From an uncultured Bacilli bacterium (lineage in GTDB: Bacteria; Bacillota_I; Bacilli_A; RF39; UBA660), in NCBI GenBank assembly GCA_944331835.1, contig CALVIU010000058.1, positions 1 through 52,568 of the forward strand: a stretch of 52,568 bases of DNA. Reading direction: 5' to 3'. The position numbers and the translations under genes are program-made. The stretch's first letter is position 1; every line of letters starts with the position of its first letter. The notes beneath the pieces were generated by a model, which saw only the letters and a program-made list of their open reading frames with translations, made no database searches and was not told where the DNA came from. This document shows, in pieces, positions 6,113-15,032 of this stretch.

Positions 6113-8758
6113 GTTTTTGATAAATTTAAATATTTCCATTACTAGAATAATTAATAATGAGAAGACAAATAGTTTTAACATATCAACAACTGGAACAGTT
6201 GTAGTATTTAAAAATTCACTTAAGAATGGTACTTCCATAACAATTACTTGTAAAATTATTGCTCCAACAATAGTTACAATGATTAATGGATTATTAAATG
6301 GCATTTTAAATATTGATGTTTTTTCGCTACGACAATTAAGAACATGCATATTTTGTAAGAATACCATTAGTACCATGATATATCCTCTTGCTAAATGTAT
6401 TTCCATGTTAACTACATTAACAAGATAATACCAAACACCAAATACTATTAAACCAATTGTTAGACCAGCAACTAAAACTTCTGTTAATAATTCTTTATTA
6501 AATATGGTTTCAGTTGTTGCTCGTGGTTTTTCATGCATAGTGCCAGGCTCTGTTTTTTCAAATGATAAAGCAAAATCTTGCAATCCATCTGTTACAATGT
6601 TTAACCATAAAAGTTGAATAGCAACAAGAGGCATTGGTAGATTAAATACAATTGATAATATAAAGAATAATACTTCTGCTAGTCCACAAGATAGTAACAT
6701 ATAACTTACTTTTCGAATGTTATTATAAGCAGTTCTACCTTCTTCAACACCTTTAACAATGGAAGTGAAATCATCATCTAAAACAATCATGCTAGCAGTT
6801 TCTTTGGCAACATCAGTTCCACTTCCCATAGCAATACCAATGTTGGCACTTTTTATGGCTGGAGCATCATTGACCCCATCACCAGTAACTGCTACAAATT
6901 CTCCTTGACGCTTTAATGAATCAATTATGGCTAGTTTATCCATTGGAGTAACTCTAGCAAATACTTTTTTGCCTTGGATAAATTTGTCAAATTCTTTTTC
7001 GCCTTTTTCTAAGAATTTGTTGACATCATCACCAGTACCAATTTCTTTATTATCGGTTACTAAGCCTAAATCTTTACCAATTTTTAAAGCCGTAAGAGGA
7101 TGGTCTCCGGTAATCATTAAAACTTTGATACCCGCAGTTAAACATTTTTGAATTGAATCGGCTGCTTCTTCACGGATTGGGTCGATAAAGCCAACTAGAC
7201 CTTTAAAAGTCAAATTAGCAATATCTTTATTGTCATACAAATCTTTTTCAACAAAATTTTTAACCTTGCCATCAGCAATTGCAATGACACGGTAACCTTC
7301 ACTGGCTAATTCTTCATTTTGTTTCTTTAATTTGGCAATATCTATTTTAGACTTTTTGTTATTAACATCCATGTACTTAGAAAATTCTAATATTTTTTCT
7401 AATGAACCCTTAACAGTACAATATGTTTCGTTATCTTTTTTATAGAATACTGCAGAATATTTATTTTGAGATTCATAAGGTATTTGATCAATTATTTCAA
7501 CTTTTTCATAAGGTACTTTGGTTTTTTTACCTAAGGCTAAGAATGCTATATCAATGGAGTCCCCAAGATAATGCCACTTGCCTTTTTCTTTTGTAAGTTT
7601 GCCTTCATTGTTGATAGCCCCAAGTAAAGCAATTTCTTCAGCCTTTTTTATATCGGCATTGTCAATGCCTTTTACTTCGCCGGAATCATCATAACCAATT
7701 CCTGTTATGTCATATTCACATGAGTCTGGTGTAACAATTTTTTTAGCAGTTTGTTTATTAATTGTTAGAGTTCCTGTTTTATCACTAGCAATGACTGTAC
7801 AACTTCCTAAAGCTTCAACTGAATTTAGTTTTTTGACTACAACACTTTTCTTAGCCATCTTATTTGAAGCAATTGTTAAAGCCATAGTTAAAGCAAGTGG
7901 TAAGCCTTCAGGCATTGCTGAAACAGAAAGAGCAATTACTGATAAGAAAATTTCTGTTCCTGGTTCTCCCTTAGCAAATAGTATGATTGCAATGATAATG
8001 GCAACAATTATTATTAAAATGCTAATTTGTTTAGAAAATTTATTCATTCTAATTGTTAATGGAGATGCTTCATCTTTTTTAGAAACAACATTACTAGCAA
8101 TTTTACCAATTTCGGTATGAATGCCGATGCCAGTTATAACACCGATTGCTCTACCAGTGGTAACAGTAGTACCAGCATAAATCATATTTTTACGATCTGC
8201 TAGAGTAACCTCAGATTTTATTTTTTCTATTTCTTTAATAACACTAAGGCTTTCACCAGTTAAAATTGATTCATCAACTTGTAAATTGTGAACATCGATA
8301 AGTCTGGCATCAGCACTAATACGGTCACCGGATTCAAGTAATATTATGTCGCCGATAGTTAATTCTTCTGAATCAACTTCCGTTTCTTCACCGTTTCTGA
8401 TGACACGAACTTTATCTTTAATTAATTCTTGCAAACTTTCAGCAGTTTTTTCGGCCTTCCATTCTTGGAATGTTCCTAAAATTAAATCAATTAAGATAAT
8501 AAAAATTATGGCACAAGCATCGACGACTTCACCAATAATGAGTGAAAAAACAACTGTTACTATTAACAGTAGTACTATTGGATTTAAAAGTTCTCTTAAG
8601 ATAATTTTAAAAACACTATCCTTTTTCTTTTTAGGCAGGACATTTAAACCATATTTTTCTTGATTCGATTTAACCTCTTTGTTGGTAAGTCCATTCTTAT
8701 CAACATTTAATTTTTCTAAAACTTCTTCAGTATCTAATAAATACCAATTATCTTTCAT
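6098..8758 (-). CDS. P-type (type IIA, Ca2+-transporting-like) cation ATPase
   Basis: 886 aa. Phosphorylation motif SDKTGTLT, TGES actuator motif (ILTGESLSV), hinge motif TGDGVNDAPAIK, MITGDHPLTA and about ten TM segments. Confidence 0.92.
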   Translation of the reverse strand: MKDNWYLLDTEEVLEKLNVDKNGLTNKEVKSNQEKYGLNVLPKKKKDSVFKIILRELLNPIVLLLIVTVVFSLIIGEVVDACAIIFIILIDLILGTFQEWKAEKTAESLQELIKDKVRVIRNGEETEVDSEELTIGDIILLESGDRISADARLIDVHNLQVDESILTGESLSVIKEIEKIKSEVTLADRKNMIYAGTTVTTGRAIGVITGIGIHTEIGKIASNVVSKKDEASPLTIRMNKFSKQISILIIIVAIIIAIILFAKGEPGTEIFLSVIALSVSAMPEGLPLALTMALTIASNKMAKKSVVVKKLNSVEALGSCTVIASDKTGTLTINKQTAKKIVTPDSCEYDITGIGYDDSGEVKGIDNADIKKAEEIALLGAINNEGKLTKEKGKWHYLGDSIDIAFLALGKKTKVPYEKVEIIDQIPYESQNKYSAVFYKKDNETYCTVKGSLEKILEFSKYMDVNNKKSKIDIAKLKKQNEELASEGYRVIAIADGKVKNFVEKDLYDNKDIANLTFKGLVGFIDPIREEAADSIQKCLTAGIKVLMITGDHPLTALKIGKDLGLVTDNKEIGTGDDVNKFLEKGEKEFDKFIQGKKVFARVTPMDKLAIIDSLKRQGEFVAVTGDGVNDAPAIKSANIGIAMGSGTDVAKETASMIVLDDDFTSIVKGVEEGRTAYNNIRKVSYMLLSCGLAEVLFFILSIVFNLPMPLVAIQLLWLNIVTDGLQDFALSFEKTEPGTMHEKPRATTETIFNKELLTEVLVAGLTIGLIVFGVWYYLVNVVNMEIHLARGYIMVLMVFLQNMHVLNCRSEKTSIFKMPFNNPLIIVTIVGAIILQVIVMEVPFLSEFLNTTTVPVVDMLKLFVFSLLIILVMEIFKFIKNKKRR

Positions 8759-8812
8759 ATATTTCCTCGCTATTATAAATATGGTATCACAATATCAATT
8801 CTTTTACAATCG

Positions 8813-8835
8813 AAAAAAAAGCAACATTATGTTGC
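8813..8835 (-). terminator. Rho-independent terminator after the ttcA-like gene
   Basis: GCAAC-attat-GTTGC hairpin, followed on the minus strand by T8. Confidence 0.65.
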
Positions 8836-8840
8836 AAAAA

Positions 8841-9644
8841 TTATTCTTTATAATCGTCATAATAATTATATCTTTTATCGTTGTCGATATAGCCCATGAC
8901 TTGATTTATGTTAATATTTTCGACACTTTTAAAAATATTATATTCAACAAATTTATTTGTTTCTCGAAGTTTTTTGATAAGTTCTTTTACTTCAGCACGT
9001 TTTGAATCTTCTTTTTTTAAAGGACAAGCACAGTTGATAAATTCTAGTTCATTATATTTTAACCAGTTGATAATTGCAGATTCACGAACTAGATATAGAG
9101 GTCTAATTAATTCCATGCCCGGAAAGTTTTTACTTTTTATCTTGGGTAACATCGATACTATTTCACCATTATAAAGGATACCTAGCATGATAGTTTCAAT
9201 GACATCATTGTAGTGATGTCCCAAAGCGATTTTGTTGCAACCTAAGTCAGAAGCAAACCTATATAGATGTCCACGACGCATTCTGGCACACATATAACAA
9301 GGAGATTTTACATCCATTGATTTCAATGATTCAAAAATTGTACTTTCATAAACGTGGATAGGAATTCCCAAAAGTTCAGCATTTTTCTTTACTTTATCCA
9401 GATTTTCTTTACTATATCCCGGGTCCATAACAATGAACTCTAAATCAAATTTAATCTTACCATGCTTTTTTATTTCTTGCATGCATTTGGCTAGTAAAAA
9501 CGAATCCTTACCACCGCTGATACATACCGCAATCTTATCATTATCTTGAATTAAATCATAAATTGTTACTGCTTTAGTAAATTTACGCCATATATCTTTA
9601 CGATAAGTTTTAATTATACTTCTTTCAACTTGTTCTTGTTTCAT
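8841..9644 (-). CDS. ttcA: PP-loop ATPase of the TtcA family (tRNA 2-thiocytidine synthetase-like)
   Basis: SGGKDS PP-loop in CISGGKDSFLL. Cys motifs CYMCARMRRG and CACPL, consistent with an Fe-S cluster. First ATG at 9644; the track uses TTG at 9659. Confidence 0.75.
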   Translation of the reverse strand: MKQEQVERSIIKTYRKDIWRKFTKAVTIYDLIQDNDKIAVCISGGKDSFLLAKCMQEIKKHGKIKFDLEFIVMDPGYSKENLDKVKKNAELLGIPIHVYESTIFESLKSMDVKSPCYMCARMRRGHLYRFASDLGCNKIALGHHYNDVIETIMLGILYNGEIVSMLPKIKSKNFPGMELIRPLYLVRESAIINWLKYNELEFINCACPLKKEDSKRAEVKELIKKLRETNKFVEYNIFKSVENININQVMGYIDNDKRYNYYDDYKE

Positions 9645-9688
9645 GGAAATCACCAACAAGGATATTATGACGGAGATTTATGGGTTTG

Positions 9689-10705
9689 TCAATTAATACT
9701 TTCGCGATTGGCAGTATAAATTTTTGAATTATATGATATAAGCCCTTCTTTAGCAAGTCTTGATGTAGCAAAGCAAATAGGAATATTGTTTTTTTGGCAA
9801 ATTTCTTTTACTTCATTTGGATTTTCTTTTATTAAATCCCAAATATTTTTATCAATCATCCAATTTAATGCTACTTCATCTATTTCTTTTTCGCTTGTAG
9901 AATCATCAACAACTATTTTATTTTTCGCCATGTTATAATCCTTTTTTACGTGAGCTAGTTCATGGTATAAAGCAAAATAGAATGAAGCCTTCTCTTTAAA
10001 GGTTTTTGTTAAATAAATTGCTGGATTGGTTATTTTTACCATCATACATCCACGTATTTTTGTTGCACGAAGAGCATCTTCAACAACCAAATAAATACCA
10101 TATTTATTTAAAATTTTGGTTAGACTAACCGCATTAAACGGTTTATTTTGTTCAAGTTTTAATTCATCTAATAACTTAGAGAAATTTGCAGATGAATATT
10201 CAAAAACATTTTGCTTTATAATTAATTTATCGCAGTGTTTAATCCATAGATAGATCTTTTTTTGATTAGCATCATCTTTCTTTTTGTATAATACCTTAGT
10301 ATTAATATATTCAGATGTTAAATCAAAACTACTTAAATTTAAATATTCCAATAAGTCAACGGCATTTTGGGTAGTGTTAGTAACATCTTTTAGTTTAATC
10401 CAACCTAATTTAGACATATCTTTAAGATAAAATGTATTTAAAAATTCTTTGATAGATTTTTCATTATCAAATCTTTCGTGTAAATAGTTATAAACTCTTC
10501 TTTGTTTTTCTGCAAATACAATTAACTTAATATCAATATCAGTAATTAAACTGATGGCAACCATTAATTCTTCACTAATGCCAACTTTACCATTTATTAT
10601 ATTATTTAAATGTTTTTTGCTTATGCCTAAACGTTCTGCGAAATCTGTTTGAGATATTTTATAATAATCTAAATAATCTCTTAGTAACGAACCAAATCCT
10701 AACAT
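9689..10705 (-). CDS. HigA-like XRE-family HTH antitoxin fused to an ImmA/IrrE (M78) metallopeptidase domain
   Basis: N-terminal HTH (ISQTDFAERLGISKKHLNNIINGKVGIS). C-terminal FALYHELAHV HExxH motif. The preferred start is the ATG at 10705, 6 nt after GGAGGG and 1 nt after the toxin stop. Confidence 0.8.
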   Translation of the reverse strand: MLGFGSLLRDYLDYYKISQTDFAERLGISKKHLNNIINGKVGISEELMVAISLITDIDIKLIVFAEKQRRVYNYLHERFDNEKSIKEFLNTFYLKDMSKLGWIKLKDVTNTTQNAVDLLEYLNLSSFDLTSEYINTKVLYKKKDDANQKKIYLWIKHCDKLIIKQNVFEYSSANFSKLLDELKLEQNKPFNAVSLTKILNKYGIYLVVEDALRATKIRGCMMVKITNPAIYLTKTFKEKASFYFALYHELAHVKKDYNMAKNKIVVDDSTSEKEIDEVALNWMIDKNIWDLIKENPNEVKEICQKNNIPICFATSRLAKEGLISYNSKIYTANRESIN

Positions 10706-10706
10706 A

Positions 10707-11033
10707 TTATCCCTCCCCATAGTGTTTATCATCTATATTTATAAATTCTAATTCTTCTATTTCAATATAATTATATGGATATTCCATTAATGGCTTCATT
10801 ATGAGCCGCAATTTATGATTTATTCTAACCGTAAAGATTTCTTTTAAATTTTCTTTCTTTTGTTCAAAGTTATATATGTTTTTGTAAGGCGATGCAAATA
10901 ATTCTTGCATATTGTTAAAAGCATTTATTATTTTTTCAATGTCTTTTATTCTATTTTCTTCTTTTACAAGATGTTTTCTTTTTATTAATTTGTTATAGTC
11001 TTTTAGATAACCTTTGCTCTTTATTATAATCAT
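10707..11033 (-). CDS. HigB/RelE-superfamily-like toxin (candidate)
   Basis: 108 aa from the ATG at 11033 (RBS AAGGGGGA). Its layout resembles plasmid-killer HigB: N-terminal I.KSKGYLKDY, central IFTVRINHKLRLI (compare W.IRVN..WRI) and C-terminal IDDKHY (compare EDYH). It is encoded directly upstream of a HigA-like gene, the hallmark toxin-first hig order. Confidence 0.55.
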   Translation of the reverse strand: MIIIKSKGYLKDYNKLIKRKHLVKEENRIKDIEKIINAFNNMQELFASPYKNIYNFEQKKENLKEIFTVRINHKLRLIMKPLMEYPYNYIEIEELEFINIDDKHYGEG

Positions 11034-11110
11034 ATATCCCCCTTGATATATATATGTATTATAACTCACTAGGTTATAATATACAATATTTTTTGATAAA
11101 AAAATAAGAA

Positions 11111-11458
11111 TTAGAATTTTTTTAATCTTAATCTTAAAAATTCTAACTCTTTTTCTCTAGCATTATTTTCTCGAACTACCCTATTTTCAACATAAACTTG
11201 ACCAAGTTCATTAAATAATTCAAAGGCATGAGCATATTCATGAATGTTTATTCTTATACATAATTCATCTAAGAAGTCTGGTACAAGAATGCGAATATCG
11301 ATGATGTGATTATTCTCATCAAGAATTGGAAAACAACCCCAACCAAAGTCTTTGACAGGATATCTTTTTACTTTGCCTTCTAGAAATTGAAAGAATTCCC
11401 GATTACCTATTTCAAGGTTAACTAATATATTCAGGAATTCTTGTTCATCAATAATCAT
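11111..11458 (-). CDS. Small (115 aa) HExxH-motif protein, putative minimal zinc metalloprotease-like protein
   Basis: Motif INIHEYAHAFE. No signal peptide or TM helix. Its ATG overlaps the pheT TGA (ATGA at 11455-11458). Confidence 0.55.
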   Translation of the reverse strand: MIIDEQEFLNILVNLEIGNREFFQFLEGKVKRYPVKDFGWGCFPILDENNHIIDIRILVPDFLDELCIRINIHEYAHAFELFNELGQVYVENRVVRENNAREKELEFLRLRLKKF

Positions 11459-13782
11459 TCAATTATTGAAAGGTTGTTATTTTTGATGTGTTCGATAAAT
11501 CTATCTTTGAAGTTTGTTAAATCTTTTTGTTCAAGAGTCTTAGTATTACTTCCAAGGATATAACGAATTGTATATTTATTTTCATAAGTACCAACTAGTG
11601 AATAACATTTAATTAGATTACTCTTGAATTCACTTAGAACTTGTTTTAATGTATCATATTTTGCACCTTCTGGCATAATGATTGTATAATCAAGTTCAAC
11701 TGTTGGATATTTACTTACTTCAGTTGCTAATTTTGTTGTTGGAGTAATTGTAACATATTTATCAAAGTCGATATCAATGCAAACAATTACTTTTTTCTTA
11801 GCTAACTTGTTAGTAATACCCTTATTTAATACATTAATTTCACCAAGTTTGGTATTATCAATGTTGATAACTTTACCTAATGAAGCATCATAATAAGATT
11901 TTTCATTGACGTTGTTGGTAAAAATTACTTCTTTATTCTTTAGTATCTTAAATAGATACTTAACGATACTTTTGGCTTGCATGTAGATTGTTTCAATATT
12001 TTTTTCATCGTCAGCAAGAATTATGCTAAGCATTCTTTTGTTTTCATTATTTTCAATAATTGTGGCTATTTCAAAGATATTAAATTTGTGATAGTTTTTA
12101 AAGTTAGTATCGACGATATTCATCAAAGAGAAACTTAAGTCATCACGAAGAATGTTATTTTCACTTTTGCCGAGTAATTTTACACCTGTCTTTTCAACTC
12201 CAAGTTTCTTTAAAGTTTCTGTATCATACCAAATGTAACTATTTACTTCATGCATATCATATTTAGTTGCAAGTAAATGTTTTACTTCATATTCTTGATT
12301 GTAAATTGTTTCATGTTCCGTAATAGTTAAATCTAGTTTTAATGGTTTAGCTTCAAAGTTTTCAAGACCATACATACGAGCAATTTCTTCGATTAAATCT
12401 TGTTCAATTTTAACATCTTTAGTTGCTCTAAATGTTGGAACAGTTACTTCATATGAATCGGCATTTACTGTTACTTTAAATCCTAATTTTTCTAACATGT
12501 TAGTAATTACTTCATCACTTAAAGTTCTTCCCATATAAATATTTAAAAGTTTTTTATGTAAGGTAATGTGTCCTTCTTCTAACTTAGTTGGATAAACATC
12601 AGTTAGATTGGAAGCAATGACTAAATCTGGATTTTCTTTTTCTAATAAATAAACTAATCTTTTAATGGCTACATCAGTCATGTTAGGGTCAAGAGATTTT
12701 TCATATCTAGCACTAGCTTCTGTACGAAGACCTAAGGCAACTGCTGTTTTTCTAATAGATCCAGCATTAAAGTTAGCACTTTCTAAGAATATAGAGTCAG
12801 TATCACTTAAGATTTCACTATCTAAACCTCCCATAACACCAGCAATACCAAAGTATTTATCCCCATTTTTAATCATTAGATTATCTTTTGTTAGTTTTCT
12901 TTCTACACCATCTAGAGTTGTGTAAGCATCACCATCGTTTGCTAGACCTACTTCAATTTTCTTAACAACACGAGAATCAAAAGCATGCATTGGTTGACCT
13001 AACTCAAGCATTAGATAGTTAGTTAAGTCAACGAATAAAGATATTGAACGCATTCCAACATAATATAAGAATATTTGCATATCTAGGGGAGTTTTATTAT
13101 TTTTTAAGTTATCAACTTTTAATCCTGTGTAACGATAACAAAGATTTGGATCTTTGATAGTTATTTCTAAGTCTTGTTTATCATTTTTAATTTCTGCTAA
13201 ATCTAATGGTAATAATTCATGGTCAGTTATGGCAGCAATTTCACGAGCAATACCATAGTGTCCCCAAAGGTCCGGACGATTTGTTAAAGATTTGTTATCA
13301 ATTTCGACGATTATATCATCTATTGGTAGGAAATCTTTAACATCAGTTCCTACTGGTGCATCACTAGGGAATTCTAAAATACCATCATGATTATCCGAAA
13401 TGCCTAGTTCACGTCCACTGCAACACATACCATTAGATAAAATGCCACGTAAAGGACGAGATTTTATTTCCATACCATCGATATGACCTCCGACCTTGAT
13501 ATAGGCAGTCTTTAAACCAACACGAACATTCGGAGCACCACAGACAACTTGGATTGGTTCAGCTTCACCACAATCGACTTTTAAAACATGCATATGGTCA
13601 CTATCAGGATGTTCAACGCATTCAACAATTTCGGCGATAACAATATTATCTATTTGATCTCCAACTTTTTTAACACCTTCTACTTCAGCAGTACGAATTG
13701 TAAAAGTGTTCCAAATATTCAACCAATCGATATCTTCATTATTTTTAATATGACTTTTTAATTTATTACATGATATTAACAT
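11455..13782 (-). CDS. pheT: Phenylalanine--tRNA ligase beta subunit
   Basis: 775 aa. N-terminal tRNA-binding (EMAP-type) domain, B3/4 and B5 regions and a C-terminal anticodon-binding-like domain. It follows pheS after a 12-nt gap. AAGGAGG RBS. Confidence 0.95.
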   Translation of the reverse strand: MLISCNKLKSHIKNNEDIDWLNIWNTFTIRTAEVEGVKKVGDQIDNIVIAEIVECVEHPDSDHMHVLKVDCGEAEPIQVVCGAPNVRVGLKTAYIKVGGHIDGMEIKSRPLRGILSNGMCCSGRELGISDNHDGILEFPSDAPVGTDVKDFLPIDDIIVEIDNKSLTNRPDLWGHYGIAREIAAITDHELLPLDLAEIKNDKQDLEITIKDPNLCYRYTGLKVDNLKNNKTPLDMQIFLYYVGMRSISLFVDLTNYLMLELGQPMHAFDSRVVKKIEVGLANDGDAYTTLDGVERKLTKDNLMIKNGDKYFGIAGVMGGLDSEILSDTDSIFLESANFNAGSIRKTAVALGLRTEASARYEKSLDPNMTDVAIKRLVYLLEKENPDLVIASNLTDVYPTKLEEGHITLHKKLLNIYMGRTLSDEVITNMLEKLGFKVTVNADSYEVTVPTFRATKDVKIEQDLIEEIARMYGLENFEAKPLKLDLTITEHETIYNQEYEVKHLLATKYDMHEVNSYIWYDTETLKKLGVEKTGVKLLGKSENNILRDDLSFSLMNIVDTNFKNYHKFNIFEIATIIENNENKRMLSIILADDEKNIETIYMQAKSIVKYLFKILKNKEVIFTNNVNEKSYYDASLGKVINIDNTKLGEINVLNKGITNKLAKKKVIVCIDIDFDKYVTITPTTKLATEVSKYPTVELDYTIIMPEGAKYDTLKQVLSEFKSNLIKCYSLVGTYENKYTIRYILGSNTKTLEQKDLTNFKDRFIEHIKNNNLSIIE

Positions 13783-13794
13783 AATTTATCCTCC

Positions 13795-14802
13795 TTATTT
13801 TATATCGAAGTTCTTAAGATAACGAATATCACCAGAATTAAGAACACGGATATCACTTATCTTATACTTCATCATAGCAAGTCTAGTTAAACCTATACCG
13901 AAGGCAAAACCGGTATATTTTTCAGGGTCTACACCACCAGCACGTAAGACATTAGGATGAACCATACCACAACCGATAAGTTCGATCCAGCCACCATTTT
14001 TACAAGTTGGGCAGCCTTTACCACCACAGATGACACAACTCATATCCATTTCATAACTAGGTTCAGTAAATGGGAAGAATCCAGGGCGAAGTCTTACTTT
14101 TAAATCTGTTTTAAATACTTCACTTAGTAATTCTTGCATGACATACATTAAATTTTCAATTGAAATATTTTCATCTATTACCATGCCTTCGATTTGAAAG
14201 AAAGTATTTTCATGATTTGCATCTAAATCTTCATTTCTAAATGTTCTACCTGGAGCACAAATACGAAGTGGAGCACCATAGTTTTCCATTCCTCTTATTT
14301 GGTTGTCGCTAGTTTGCGTACGAAGAAGCATGCCATTATCTAAATAATAGGTATCTTGCATGTCTCTTGCTGGATGATCTTTAGGAACATTTAATGCTTC
14401 AAAGTTATAATATTCTGATTCCATTTCCGGACCACTTACAACTGTAAAGCCCATCTTTTTTAAACAATCTGTAACTTCTTTAGCAACAATCGTTACCGGA
14501 TGCAAAGAACCATTTTCAATATCATAATCTAGGGTATCATCAAAAGTAATGTTTGCCTTACTTTCTAATGATTCTAAACTACTTGCAATGATACTTTCCA
14601 TTTCTTTTTTAGTGTTGTTAATTAAACTACCATATTTTCTCTTCTCTTCAACAGTCATATTTTTTAAGTTACCTAAAATTTCAGTAATACGACTTTTTTT
14701 ACCAACATATTTTGATTTAACATTTAATATATCAGCTTCTTTAGTACAACTTGCTAGTTCATCTTTTAAACTTGTTATTAAACTCTCTAATTCTTTTTCC
14801 AT
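13795..14802 (-). CDS. pheS: Phenylalanine--tRNA ligase alpha subunit
   Basis: 335 aa. Class II motifs (HPARDMQDTYY, RTQTS, FRNE, GFAFGIGLTRLAM). Confidence 0.96.
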   Translation of the reverse strand: MEKELESLITSLKDELASCTKEADILNVKSKYVGKKSRITEILGNLKNMTVEEKRKYGSLINNTKKEMESIIASSLESLESKANITFDDTLDYDIENGSLHPVTIVAKEVTDCLKKMGFTVVSGPEMESEYYNFEALNVPKDHPARDMQDTYYLDNGMLLRTQTSDNQIRGMENYGAPLRICAPGRTFRNEDLDANHENTFFQIEGMVIDENISIENLMYVMQELLSEVFKTDLKVRLRPGFFPFTEPSYEMDMSCVICGGKGCPTCKNGGWIELIGCGMVHPNVLRAGGVDPEKYTGFAFGIGLTRLAMMKYKISDIRVLNSGDIRYLKNFDIK

Positions 14803-14819
14803 ATTCTCCTCCTTAAAAT

Positions 14820-14990
14820 AAAAAATTCATAAACTAATTAAGGACGAGCATGGCCCGCGGTACCACCTTAGTTTATGAATTTATTCATACGCTTTAACTG
14901 ATAAGGGAGTTATCCCGGAAAGTATTCATCAAGTGAAATTCGTTTTATTATTATCATTAAAATATTCTCAGCTATATATTTTATCTCTGT
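14820..14990 (-). promoter_or_regulatory. T-box riboswitch leader (Phe) with an intrinsic terminator, upstream of pheS
   Basis: The minus strand reads AAGGUGGUACCGCG (14856-14869), the conserved T-box sequence. The terminator helix AUUCAUAAACUAA (14868-14880) / UUAGUUUAUGAAU (14825-14837) plus a U-run shares bases with the T-box, as expected for antiterminator/terminator competition. UUC triplets lie at 14935-14937 and 14918-14920. Confidence 0.85.
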
Positions 14991-15032
14991 CAAGACTACC
15001 TAATAAAACTACTAAATTGAATCATCATACTT

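Noticed and set aside
6066-8663. Plus-strand ORFs antisense to the P-type ATPase (6066..6428, 6927..7151, 7707..8120, 8346..8663). Similar antisense ORFs occur across the window, for example 29627..30010, 27608..27907, 17578..17970, 50672..51097 and 52380..52562.
   Set aside because: They are shadow ORFs opposite long, motif-rich genes. They have low-complexity Ser/Leu/Ile-rich translations, no RBS and no recognisable domains.
14918-14937. Assigning a single definite specifier codon in the pheS T-box.
   Set aside because: Two UUC triplets (14935-14937 followed by A; 14918-14920 followed by C) are candidates. Without folding Stem I computationally I cannot choose, although the first has the usual 3' purine.
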